Shown here: one piece after another, positions 22,015 to 33,370 of the stretch | How the letters are laid out: every line of letters begins with the position of its first letter | Numbering within the stretch: position 1 is the first letter of the stretch | Assembly: GCF_963921235.1 (NCBI RefSeq) | Contig: NC_086097.1 | Location: 58,716,001-58,780,000 of the forward strand | Direction of reading: 5' to 3' | Source of the DNA: Mobula hypostoma | Taxonomy: Eukaryota | DNA length: 64,000 nt | Notes under the pieces: generated by a model | Databases searched by the model: none | What the model was told of the DNA's origin: nothing | What the model saw: the letters and a program-made list of their open reading frames with translations, nothing else | Program-made: the position numbers and the translations under genes

Positions 22015-25000
22015 ATTAGATTAGATTAGATTCAACTTTATTGTTATAGTGCTGAGTACAGATACAAAGCCAATGAAATGCATTTAGCATCTGACCAGAA
22101 ATGCAAAGAATAGTGTTATTTACAAAATAACTGCTAATAAAAAGTAAGTGCTACAGCACACAAATATGTGTGTGTTGTTCGTCCTTCGTAGTTGAAGATG
22201 ACCATGGCTTCAAAGTCAAATGGGAGATTAGTGGCTGTGGGTCCGGAGGTGACTGATGAGGCCAATCCGGGCCCTGAAGGCTCGCCCACATGTGGGACAC
22301 AAGTGGGTGGGTGCTGTCGTGGTAGTGGATGCTGCTCAGGCCTTGCGCACAGCACGCTTTCATTGCGCCTCAATGATGCGCCTGACTTCAGCTGCACGGG
22401 CTCCTGTGGTGATCTTGCTGCGCCAAGCTGGACGGTCGAGGGCAATAGTCTCCCACGTGTTGATGTCGACACCCAGGCCTTTGAGGGACGCTTTCAGGCA
22501 GTCTTTGTAACGTTTCTTCTGCCCCCCCCCCCCCCGACTGAGCGCTTGCCCTGACACAGTTCTCCGTACAGCAGCTGCTTAGGCAATCGGCTGTCTGGCA
22601 TTCTGACCACATGTCCAGCCCACCTGGCTTGGGCTTTCAGCAGGAGGGTGTAGACGCTGCAGAGCCCAGCTCGTTCCAGGATTTCCGTGTCGGGAACTTT
22701 GTCCTGCCACCTGATGTGGAGGAGTCTGCGGAGACAGCTCAGGTGAAAGTGGTTGAGCTGTTTGGCGTGTCTGCTGTAGACAGTCCAGGTCTCGCTGGCG
22801 TAAAGGAGGGTGGTAAGGACCACTGCACAGTAGACCTTCAGCCTGGTGGTAAGGCTGAGTCCTCTCCGCTCCCAGACGTTCTCACGGAGTCTCCTAAAGG
22901 CGGCGCTGGCTTTGGCAATCCTGTTGTTGACCTCAGCGTCTATGTTCACTGCGCGAGAGAGTATGCTGCCCAGGTAAAACCTGCCGTCAGTCCTGTATCT
23001 GACGTGGATTCCTTCTTCATAATTACGGAAGGCATCTGTCAGCATGGCAGAGAATACCATACTGAACAGAGTCGGGGCAAGAATGCCTTGTTTGAGGTCA
23101 TTTATCACTGGGAAGGCCTCCGACTCGTCGCCGTCATCCAGAACTTTCACCACCATACCGTCGTGAAACTGCCGGATGATTGTGATGAACTTGCTGGGGC
23201 AGCCAAACTTCTCCATGATCTTCCACAAGCCTTCTCTACTGACAGTATCGAAAGCCTTGGTTAGATCGACAAAGGTCACGAAGAGCTCGCTGTGTTGCTG
23301 CTGGCATTTTTCCTGGAGTTGGCGCGCAGTAAAAATCATGTCCGCGGTCCCACGTTCAGCACGGAAGCCGCACCGGCTTTCTGGGAGCAGACCTTGCTCA
23401 AGATGTTGGAGAAGGCGGTTGAGCAGGACGCGGGCCAGAATCTTCCCCGCAATGGACAAGAGGGAGATGCCTCGGTGGTTGTCGCAAGACTGGCGGTTGC
23501 CTTTCCTCTTGCAGATGTGGACTATGCTGGCATCTTTCAGCTGTTGCGGAACCTGTCCCTTTTTCCACATGGACTGGAAGAGTACAGTCAGCTTTTGCAT
23601 CATGACAGGGCCTCCTGCTTTGTATACCTCAGCAGGGATTGCATCGGGTCCTGGCGCTTTGCCACAGGAGAGTTGCTTCACTGCCTTCCTGACTTCATCT
23701 ACTGTGGGGAGGGTGTCGAGGTTCTAGCTGATCTCTACCTGGGGCAGGCGGGCAATGGCCTCGTCGTTGATGTCGGCAGGGCGGTTAAGGACGTTGTTAA
23801 AGTGCTCAGCCCACCGATCCAGAATCTGCTTCTTCTCTGTCAGCAGCTGCGTCTCATCTGCGTTGAGGAGGGGTGAGGAGCCGGAGGACTGGGGTCCGTA
23901 TACAGCCTTAAGCGCATCGTAGAAGCGCTTTATGTCGTGGCTGTCTGCATAGCCCTGGATTTCATCGGCCTTCTTGCTGAACCAGCTGTCCTGCATCTCG
24001 CGAAGTTTTTTCTGCACCTTTCTTCTTGCGTTGGTAAAGGCATCTTTCTTGGCTAGAGACGTGGGGTCGTTCTGATGCACTCTGTAATGTTGATGTTTCT
24101 CCGTTAGTAGTGCCTGTATTTCTTCATCATTCTCATCGAACCAGTCTTGGTCTTTTCGGGTTGCTGGTCCGAGATGTTCGAGGGCGGTAGTGTAGACAGC
24201 GTCTCTGAAGTCCGTCCACTGTTCCTCAACGCTGGTCCCGTCATCCTGTAGTGTGTCTGGCAGTCTGCCTTCAAGGTCATCGACGAAGTCTTCTGCAACC
24301 CTGCTGCTTTTCAGCTTGGAGACATTCAACCTCTTTGCAGTCTTCTGCCCTTGGGGTCTTCTCATGGGCAGAATGCGAAGCCTGAACTTGGACACAATGA
24401 GGCGGTGGTCGGTCCAGCAGTCGGCACCACACATGGCTCTCGTCACTCTGACATTCATCCTGTCCCTCTTCCTGGTGATGATGTAGTCAATCAGATGCCA
24501 GTGCTTCGAGCGTGGGTGCATCCATGACGTCTTCTTACGGGTGGGTAGGCAGAACAGGGTGTTGGTGATGACCAGGTCGTGTGTGGCACACGTCTTGAGG
24601 AGCAGAAGGCCGTTGTTGTTACACTTGCCAGTGCCGTGTCTTCCAATGATCCCTTCCCAGGTTTGGTAGTCTGTCCTTACTCTGGCATTGAAGTCCCCGA
24701 GAATGATGAGCTCCTCTGACTGTGGGATTGCTGAGATGAGGGCGTCGAGTTCCTCATAGAACTTGTCTTTAATGTCATCTGGGTTGGTCATGGTGGGAGC
24801 GTAGGCACTAATCAGCGTAGCACTCTTCTTGTTTGCAAGTGGGAGCTGAAATCGTTGATGCTCTCTGGTGCTTGGTGAGTTTACGGGCGGGGTTAGAATT
24901 GATGGCAAATCCCACGCCTGCTTCTCGTCGTTCAGCGCTGCTGCAACCCCTTCAGAAGAACGTGTATCCACCACTACGTTCTGTCAGCTGGCCCTTGTCT

Positions 25001-27193
25001 GCTAGGCGTGTTCCGCTGAGAGCTGGTATGTCCACGTTGTAGCGAGCTAGCTCTTTTGCAACCAGTGCAGTTCTTCTCTCTGGTCTGTCTGCCTTGATGT
25101 TATCTAGCAGAGTTCTCACGTTCCATGTGCCAAGGTTGAGCACCATCACTTTCTTCCGCGTTGGGTTTGAAGTCATGACTTGCGCTTGACTTGGATTGAA
25201 GTGAGGGAGAGTTGCGCAGGTCGTCAGCCTCACTCTCTCGTCCCGGCCTATCTGGACCCAGTGGCAAGACATAGTCGAGACGGCTGGAGTTAGGTCAGGA
25301 TGTAGTGGATGGCCAGCAGTGTTCTGTGTGTCTCACTGTGCCCTCTTAGCGCTCCACAACGCATTGCTGAGAATCGCCTTTCTGCCGGTTGAACCAGTGA
25401 TGGTTTCTTCCGCGCAGTCCACCGAATCCAGGCTTCACACGCTAGGTAGACAAGCCCTGAGTGTTGTGGGTCTACGGCAGTTCTTGCGGTGTGCTCGCAA
25501 GCCTCCCTACCCATTGTTGGGCATCCTCATCCACCTTTGCAGCCATTGGGAGATGTCTCCTCTTCCACCTGCTCCGCCGTTGGGATGATCACACAAATAT
25601 AAAAGTACTGAGACAGTACAATATGGATGCGATACTGCTTAGCGCTGTGATGTGAGGTTCAGCAGGGACACAGCCTCAGGGAAGAAGCTCTTCCTGTGCC
25701 TGCTGGTGCAGGAGCGGAGGCTCCTGTAGCGCCTACTGGATGGGAAGAGAGTAAAAAGTCCATGGTTAGGGTGAGATGCATCCTTGATAATGCTTTTCGC
25801 CCTGCCCAGGCAGTGTTTATGGTAGATGTTCTCAATGGTGGGAAATTGGGTGCTGATAATCTGCTGGGCAGTTTTCACCACACGCTGGAGTGCTTTGCAG
25901 TCCGATACGGGACAATTGCCATACCACACTGAGATGCAGTTGGTGAATATGCTCTCAGTGGTAAAGTCCGTCAGTATCCTGGGACAGACTTGAGCTTTCT
26001 TGATGCTTCTCAGGAAATAAAGGCGCTGTTGCACCTTTTTGATCAGAATGGAGGAGTTCAGGGACCAGGTGAGATCCTTGGAAATGTGGACACCAAGGAA
26101 TTTGAAGCTTGATACACGCTCCACTACAGCTCCGTTGATGTAGATGGGGACGTGAGTGTGGCTCCTAGCATGCCTGAAGTCCACAATGACCTCCTCAGTT
26201 TTCTGGGTGTTAAGGGCCAGGTGTACACCACGTGGCCAGGTGCTGGACCTTGTCCCTGTAGGCCGTCTCGTCATCCCCTCTGATCAGGCCAACCATCGTG
26301 GTGTCGTCTGCGAACTTGATTATGGAGTTAGAACCATGTACAGGAAAGCAATCATAGATGAAAAGGGAGTACAGAAGATGGCTCAGCACACAGCCTTGAG
26401 GCACGCTGGTGTTCAGGGTAAGAGTGGAGGAGGAGAGGTTGTCTAACTTAACTGATTGGGGTCTGTTAGTCAGAAAGTCCAAGGTCTAGTTGCAGAGGGA
26501 TGAGCTGATACCAAGCTGGCGAAGTTTGGCCATCATGTTGGAGAGGATCACAGTATTGAATGCTGAACTAAAGTCAATGAACAGCATTCTGAAGTAAGAG
26601 TTGGGGCTGTCCAGGTGGGTCAGGGCAGAATGAAGTGCCGTGGAGATGGCATCCTCTGTTGACCAGTTAGTATGATAGGCAAATTGATGGGGGTCCAGGG
26701 TAGTGGGCAGACAGGATTTCAGATGTGGTAGAACCAGTCTCTCAAAGCACTTTGCAATGATGGGGGAGAGTGCAACTGGGCGGAAGTCATTCAGGCCTGT
26801 GGCAGTGGAATGCTTCAGCACTGGCACGATGGTGGCAATCTTGAAACTTGTAGGGACAACTGCCTGGGCCAGGGACAGATTTAAAATGTCCGTGAAGACC
26901 CCAGCCAACTGCCTGCACAGACTCTGAGCATACGGCCAGGTATTCCATCCGGACCAGCTGCCTTCCGTACATTCACCCTGCTCAGGGTGGCGCAAACATC
27001 GGAGGTGGAAAGTGAGAAAGGCGGTTCACCAGGTGGGAGATCCGCTTTGAGGGTGACCTCTTTGTTCTCTCGGTCAAAGTGAGCGTAGAAGTAATTGAGC
27101 TCATCAGGGAGGAAAGCAGAGCTGGAAGGGGGCACAGTACTAGGTGGTTTGAAGTCTGTAATGACCTGTATGCTATGCCACATGCACCGGAGG
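22015..27193 (-). mobile_element. 5'-truncated Rex1/Babar LINE (22015-22167 and 25590-27193), split by an RTE
   Basis: [57 protein letters not shown]. (TCTAA)n tail at 22015-22031. Confidence 0.92.
22168..25589 (-). mobile_element. Relatively young RTE-clade (BovB-like) LINE with an in-frame deletion of the RT catalytic region
   Basis: GTWNVRTLLDN..RPERRTALVA. ORFs of 416 aa (APE) and 395 aa (RT) are in the same frame and separated by one stop. (CA)n-like tail. Perfect 11-bp TSD CACACAAATAT (22157-22167, 25590-25600). Confidence 0.95.
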
Positions 27194-27199
27194 TAAATT

Positions 27200-28135
27200 T
27201 TCCCACCTGATTTACTGTAAAAAGTGCTTTTCTCAGTTTCCTCATCTCAGCCACATCTACTCCTGGGATGGGGCTTTCTATTCTAGGATGTCCATGCTCA
27301 CCCTGTCTTCCCATTGCCTTAATAGTGATATAGATCTTCTTGTGACCTCTCAGCATCCCATCAGCCTCCATAACCAACATATTATCCTCTGTAACTTCTG
27401 TTATCTCCAAAGGAATCACTTCCTCCATGATTCCCTCCCCACTAGTCTCCCTCCCAGCACTTATTCCTGCAAGCGGCCAAAGTGCTACATCTGCCCATAC
27501 ACCTTCCCCCTCACATCTGTTCAGGGCCACAGGCACTCCTTCCAGGTGAGGCAACACTTCACCTGTGAATCTGCTGGGGCCGTTTATTGCATACGGAGCC
27601 CCTGTTGTGGCCTCTTCTATCTTGGTGGGACGTGTCGTAAATTGGGTGTCTGCTATGTTGAACAGCTCTGCACCATCCACCACAAACGGGACTTCCCAAC
27701 CAAGAGAAGGCCACCCTCATGGCATGAATATTGATTTCTCCTTTCAGTAAACAAATTTTCACTGCCCGTGCTCTATTCCCCATTCTGACATTTTACCTCT
27801 TCTTAACAGCCTACTGTTTTCCCCTGGGTCCCCTCCTCCTTCACTTTCTCCTTTTGTCCACTCTCCTCTCCTCTATCAGATTCCTTCTTCTCCGGCCTTG
27901 ACCTTTCCCACCCAACTGGCCTCACCTATCATCTTTCAGCTAGCCTCCTTCCCTCCCCCTCACCTTCTTATTTTGGCATCTTCCCCCTTCCTTTTCAGTC
28001 CTGAAGAAGGTTCTTGGCCTGAAACATCAACTATCTACTCATTTCCATAGATGCTGCCTGACCTACTGAGTTCTTCCAGCATTTTTTGTGTGTTGCATTA
28101 GATTTACAGTATTTGCAGACCTTTTCATGTTTGTA
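27200..28135 (+). mobile_element. Penelope-like element 3' part (GIY-YIG endonuclease and tail)
   Basis: CKRPKCYICPYT..FQVRQHFTCESAGAVYCIRSPCCGLFYLGGT (decayed VIYC..CGLLYIGET); tail gatgctgcctgacctactgagttcttccagca. Confidence 0.88.
27996..28034 (+). ncRNA. Minimal type I hammerhead ribozyme-like motif (decayed)
   Basis: cagtc-CTGAAGA-agg ttcttgg cct-GAAA-catcaacta. The CUGANGA and GAAA boxes flank a short stem II; the downstream part is a CpG-decayed cGTCgactg. Confidence 0.6.
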
Positions 28136-29864
28136 AGTTTAGTTCTGTCTTTATCTGACAAAAGCAATGCTTGATTAAGCTTCAGCTTGAAATCTGATGT
28201 TTGGTATCTGGCCTATGGAGGCCCCCTTTAATGCTAATCATTATGATGTGTCTCCTTTGGACTCTCATCCTCCTTAAGCTGAGATCCACACTTTGTCCTG
28301 CTCATAAAACCTTTCCAATCATCCTTTCGAATGCTGGCTTTCTGCCCAACCATCTTCCTCTTCAACTTCAGACCTGCTGACCATGCCCTCATCTTCCAAA
28401 TACCAAATCTGCCAACACCGATGCCAACCATCACCGCTTCTTACCTCCAATCTGCTAGCCAGGCCACTCTACTGATTCCCAGCTGCTGACATAGTCACGT
28501 ACCTGCCTTTTCAGTGAGACCAAGACCTGCCTGATTATAGGCCAAGAGCAGAAAATGAGGCTAGTATAAAGTCTTGAGTCTTGTATTTTATAGAAATCTT
28601 GCAGTTGAAGACCCTCAAATAGAACATTCATTTCTCTGTGCCATACCTCGGTCATACTTGATACCTTTCACAGTGCGTTCAACTTCTAAACATCCATTAT
28701 TTCACAAAGTCACTTCACTATTCTTTAGGATTAGCTAATTTAAATTGCTTTTAGTTGTTCTGGTTTTATTTTACATTTAAAATATACATTGAGTTATCAG
28801 TATGCCTAATTAATTTTATTTGAATGTCAGAATAATTTTGGAATATTTAATGTCTTTATCTGTTAGCTCCAAGGGGACTTGGCTTTGATGTCAATTGTTT
28901 TTTTTCTGGCTTTTTACGGGCAGGCTTTATCAGGCCCTGTGCCATGTTGATTTGGAAGTATTAATTATGTTTAGCAATCAATTTTTAATTAAATTCATTA
29001 AGGTAGCACATAAAAAATCATACTTAATGCACCTGAATTCAAGGCCAATATCAATTAGTGCAAGGAAAGGTAGAAAATGCTTCACTGCATTCAATTAGGC
29101 AAGTCATTTTTTTAAAACCAGAAGTGCTCAAGGTACCTTTGTTCCTGTATAAAAAGCATTCCAACATCCATATTCAGTGATGCATTTGTATGACTTATAT
29201 TTAGCAGAATTATACTGAAAGGTATAATGCACGTCAATGAACCTGGGAGTGTGTGTGACAGATGGAGAAATCTGTGTACGTACATATGTGTTTGCATGCC
29301 ATTTTCAATTGCTTATCCATTTCATTCAAACTAGTGCCTTCATGACATGGGTTTCATTATCTGCAATGTTACTCCTCTATATGCCGCGATAAACTGAATT
29401 CATCAAAAGGGTCACTGGAATAGGAAAGGTTTTTGAAGCTTTGGAATGAGATGTTTTGGAATGATCTCCTGAAAAGAAGGGAACAGGATTTCATTCTGCA
29501 TCGCAGATTATTATTTATTTTCCCTTTGAGAGTTTATATTTTTGATGAATTTTTTAGAACATTAGAAAACGAGCAATGGTGGGCCTCCACAGCTCTCTAG
29601 AGTAGGACATTTTAGAGTTTCAGAACTGTCTGTGAGAAAAAGTTCCTACAAGCCTTAACTTTAAACAACTGTCTTCTAATCTTGTAAATATTGCCCTATT
29701 ATGGCGGAAAGGTAGACATTATTGGAAAACTTATTGAAACATTTCTTCTGTATTTAAGAGAAGCACAATGAAACACATTTCCCTGACTCTTTAAGTGTGT
29801 AAATGGCTGTAAGTCTGGGACACTCTCCACGTGCTGTCAAACACATACTTCCACTGGTTAGTGG

Positions 29865-30420
29865 TTCTATTTCATATCAGAGAATGTCTACGGTATTCAA
29901 TCTGAATTTCTTACTCTCTCCGTACATCCACGAAATAGAAGAAAAGACCCAAAGAATGAATGACAGAAAAACATTAGAACCCCAAAGCCCCCTTCTCATG
30001 CACGAGCAGCAGCAAAACATCAATCCTCCCCATCATCCATCCTACAAGCAATAGCAAAGCTCCCAAAGAGACCATGATCTAAAACACAGTTCATCTAGCT
30101 GTTTGACATGCCACAGGGTCCTTCTCTCTCAGTAACAGGGGCAAGGAATTGGGTCATCCACAGGGCCGCACAAGGCTGCACCTCGAAGGTGCATGTCTTC
30201 TAGGCCGGTCCTGGAGGTAACGAAAACGGCAAGCTCTGAAAGTGCAAACCCACCGTGGTGAAGAACCACAGTTTGAGTGCAGTTGTAGGTCATGTCTTCT
30301 GACAGGACCCGAGCCACCTTGAGAAGGAAAGAAGAGGCATCGAAGAGAAGAACTTAAACTGTTTTTGCGGATGGATTGGGAGAAGTCACCCTCCTATGTT
30401 GCAAATTGAGTTTAGTCAGT
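29865..30420 (-). mobile_element. Probable non-coding LINE-derived (Rex1/L2-type) 3' UTR repeat
   Basis: Composition shift and recalled resemblance to LINE 3' UTRs only. Confidence 0.35.
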
Positions 30421-30899
30421 TCACTCTGCTTCTGGACCCCTCTTGGTATTCAACAGCAGAGGCACATTTTGCTGGGGTGCTCCTGCGCTTCTAAATTTAA
30501 TAGAAACATTTACTGTCAATGGAAGAACACTCACGTTCCATTAGGTGGGCAATCAACATTTTGAGGAATCTTGGAAGTGAAGGTCCATGAGGTGCTGCTG
30601 TGGTTCTGTTTTTCAACAGGCCACACCTCTGGAGACAAGCGTATTTCCCGTCTGTAATAACCTCCTCGCCTAGAACAGCATTGGCATGAGCAGGGGTGAT
30701 AGCGAGGAGTAGGAACTACAGATCCGGATTCAAGGTAGCAGACCAGATGACCAGAATCTGATCCATACTTTGAATCGTGAGTACTAACTTTAAGTAAATA
30801 TAAAAGTCAGACTGGAGTCAAATGCAAAGGACAGAAAAATTACCACTTTCTGAAAAGACAATGAGTATTGTGGTACTTCGTTAGAATGCCCAAAATGGC

Positions 30900-31680
30900 A
30901 ATATATTGGAATTCTGTAGTATTCAGTGCAAGGTCAGTGACCTTGTGGCATAAATCAGTACAGTTTTATGACTTAGCGGCCATTACAGTCAATATAGAAG
31001 AATAGGCAGGAAGGTAAAGGAGATGGGGTAGCTCTCTTAATTAAGGATGAGATCAAGGTGATGGTGAGAGATGATATAAGTAGGAAGGAGCAGAATATTG
31101 AGTCCATCTGGGTAGTGATTAGGATTAGTAAAGGGAAAAGAAATCACTGGCGGGAGTTGTTGATAGGCTTCTGAATAGCAACACCGCAGCGGTACAACCA
31201 ATAAACCAAGTAATATCTGATGTATGTAAAAATGCAACAGCAGTGGTCTTGGAGGACTTCAACTTGCACATAGATTGGGTGAATCAACTTGGCTGTGGCA
31301 TTCTTGAGGAGGACTTCATGATAGCTTTCTTGAACACTTTGTTAGTAAACTACAAGGGAAAACACTATATTAGATCTGGCTTGTGCAATGAGACAGGAAA
31401 GAGATAGTGATGGACAAACTAGTGTGCCTAAGGTTAGTTAAATCTCCTGGTGCTGATGGGATACATCACAGGATATTGAAAGAAATGGCAAAAATTATAG
31501 CAAAATTCTCTGAACTCTAGCCATGTTCAGGTGAATTAGAAGACAACTGTCATGTCACAGTTTATGACAGGATGTAGCAAAAGGCAAGTAACTATGGGCT
31601 AGTTAGCTTACTATCTGCAGTCAGGAAAATGTTTGACGTTATCATTAAGGAAGAAACAGTGAGACATCTGGAATCACGTG
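30900..31680 (+). mobile_element. Old, internally deleted CR1 ORF2 (APE to RT start)
   Basis: Decayed R..GKGDGVAL, ESIWV.IR..KG, EDFNLHIDW, KSPGADGIH.RILKE, NYGLVSL. Confidence 0.75.
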
Positions 31681-31699
31681 CAAAGTTCTAAGAAATTAC

Positions 31700-31900
31700 T
31701 GTCATGCCATGTCTTGGTTCCAGGACAAATCCTCTGATATGTTACTGCCAAGGAATTTACTGCTCATCTCCACATCTATTCCTCTTATAAAGAATGGGTC
31801 ATGGATCTTCAGCTTCTCCGTATAATCAATATTCAAATCTTGTTTTGGCTGATGCTGAGCAAGTGGTTTTTGTTGTGACACCACTCAACCAGATTGTCAA
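31700..31900 (-). mobile_element. Rex1/Babar RT fragment
   Basis: SKFLGSNISEDLSW in ORF 31702..31884. Confidence 0.6.
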
Positions 31901-31989
31901 TCTCTCTCTTATATGCCCCTTAAACTCCTACTCATCTCAGATTTATTCTGAAACTCTACTTCCTTCCTGCTGCACATCTCCCCATTTCT

Positions 31990-33095
31990 AGATGTCCCCC
32001 AGTAAGGGAAACATCTCTTCAGCATCAGTCTTCCTCAGAATTTCATAGGCTTCATTAAGATCACCTCTAATTCATCTGAATGCCAATGTGTATTGGCCCA
32101 ACCTACTCAACTTCTCAGCACACATCATCTTTCATCCCAAGAAGCAACCTAGTAAATCTTTCTTGCATTGTACAGCCTCCAGGTGCAACATATACGTCAG
32201 TTTTGTAGTGAGTTGCACCAAGACACCTCTATTTACAATATGCCCAATATTCCATTAGGAATAGGCAAGCTCTATTACGAGAAGATGAGCATCAGAGTTG
32301 TATTGTACATGCATTCTTTGACAATAAAATGAGCCTTTGAACCCTCACCAAACAGATTCTGAACCTCTATATGTTTTGAATTCTCAGATCCGCAGATCCC
32401 ATTGTATCACTACGTTTTATGGTCTAAGTCTACCTACACAGTAACTTGTTTACTCATTCATTTTTCCACTGTGATAGCTACATTTTCTGCACATTATACT
32501 CTATCCGAAAAATTCTTAGTCATTCATTTAACCTATTAAACTAACCATTTGCAGAAACCTCATTTACTCTTACAACTTGCCGACCCACCTTCCTTGTACC
32601 ATCAGCAAATCTGGCCATGTACACAGGTCACTTTAAGTTATTAATATAGATTATGAATAGTTGAGACTCTGCAGCATCTCGCTAGTTACTGATTACCAGT
32701 GATGACTAATGACTCGTATTTTTCTGCAACACACATCAAAGTTGCTGGTGAATGCAGCAGGCCAGGCAGCATCTCTAGGAAGAAGTACAGTCGACTTTTC
32801 CTAGAGATGCTGCCTGGCCTGCTGCGTTCACCAGCAACTTTGATGTGTTGCTTGAATTTCCAACATCTGTAGAATTCCTGTTGTGTTCGTATTTTTCTGA
32901 CTGTTTTCTGTTAATTATCCAATTTCCATCCATTCTGACATATTACTCCCAACCCTATGCACTCTTATCTAGCAACCATTTATATGCAAACTTATCGAAT
33001 GCCTTCTGAAAATATCAATATATTGCATCTGCTGGTTGCTCTTATCCAGCTTGTATAATACAACCTCATGGAGCTCCTGTATATTTCTCAAACAT
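31990..33095 (-). mobile_element. Old CR1 RT fragments
   Basis: Reverse complements of FADGT (~32600-32612) and FQKAFDK (~32990-33012). Confidence 0.6.
32727..32886. mobile_element. 160-bp fold-back Penelope-tail element with 13-bp TSD
   Basis: Inverted arms ~32727-32781 and 32798-32850. Perfect TSD TCGTATTTTTCTG at 32714-32726 and 32887-32899. Confidence 0.9.
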
Positions 33096-33110
33096 GATTG
33101 GCAGCAGTTA

Positions 33111-33370
33111 GGCATTTGAACACTGGCCAATCAAGGATAGGGAGAGTGAGAAGACGTAGCTCACTCAGGTTTTCCAAATAAGTACATAAGACATTGATTC
33201 GTGTCAGTCTGGTGTTTGAATGGTGGCCAATCAGCGATTGGGTGCGTGAGAACACATGGCTCGCTCAGGTTTGCCAACTGAGTACATTCGGCACCGATTT
33301 GCGGGAGCTTCGCATTTGAAAAGCGGCCAATCAGTGATAGGGATAGATTGGCAAGAACAAATATAAATAA
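33111..33370 (+). promoter_or_regulatory. Three 100-bp monomers (TTTGAA..GGCCAATCA; third partial) followed by a TATA-like box, at the 5' end of a CR1
   Basis: Units start at 33111, 33211 and 33311, each with tttgaa-N4-ggccaatca. atataaataa at 33361. Confidence 0.7.

Noticed and set aside
22611..23876. Long plus-strand ORFs (217, 183 and 194 aa)
   Set aside because: Antisense shadows of the GC-rich RTE reading frame.
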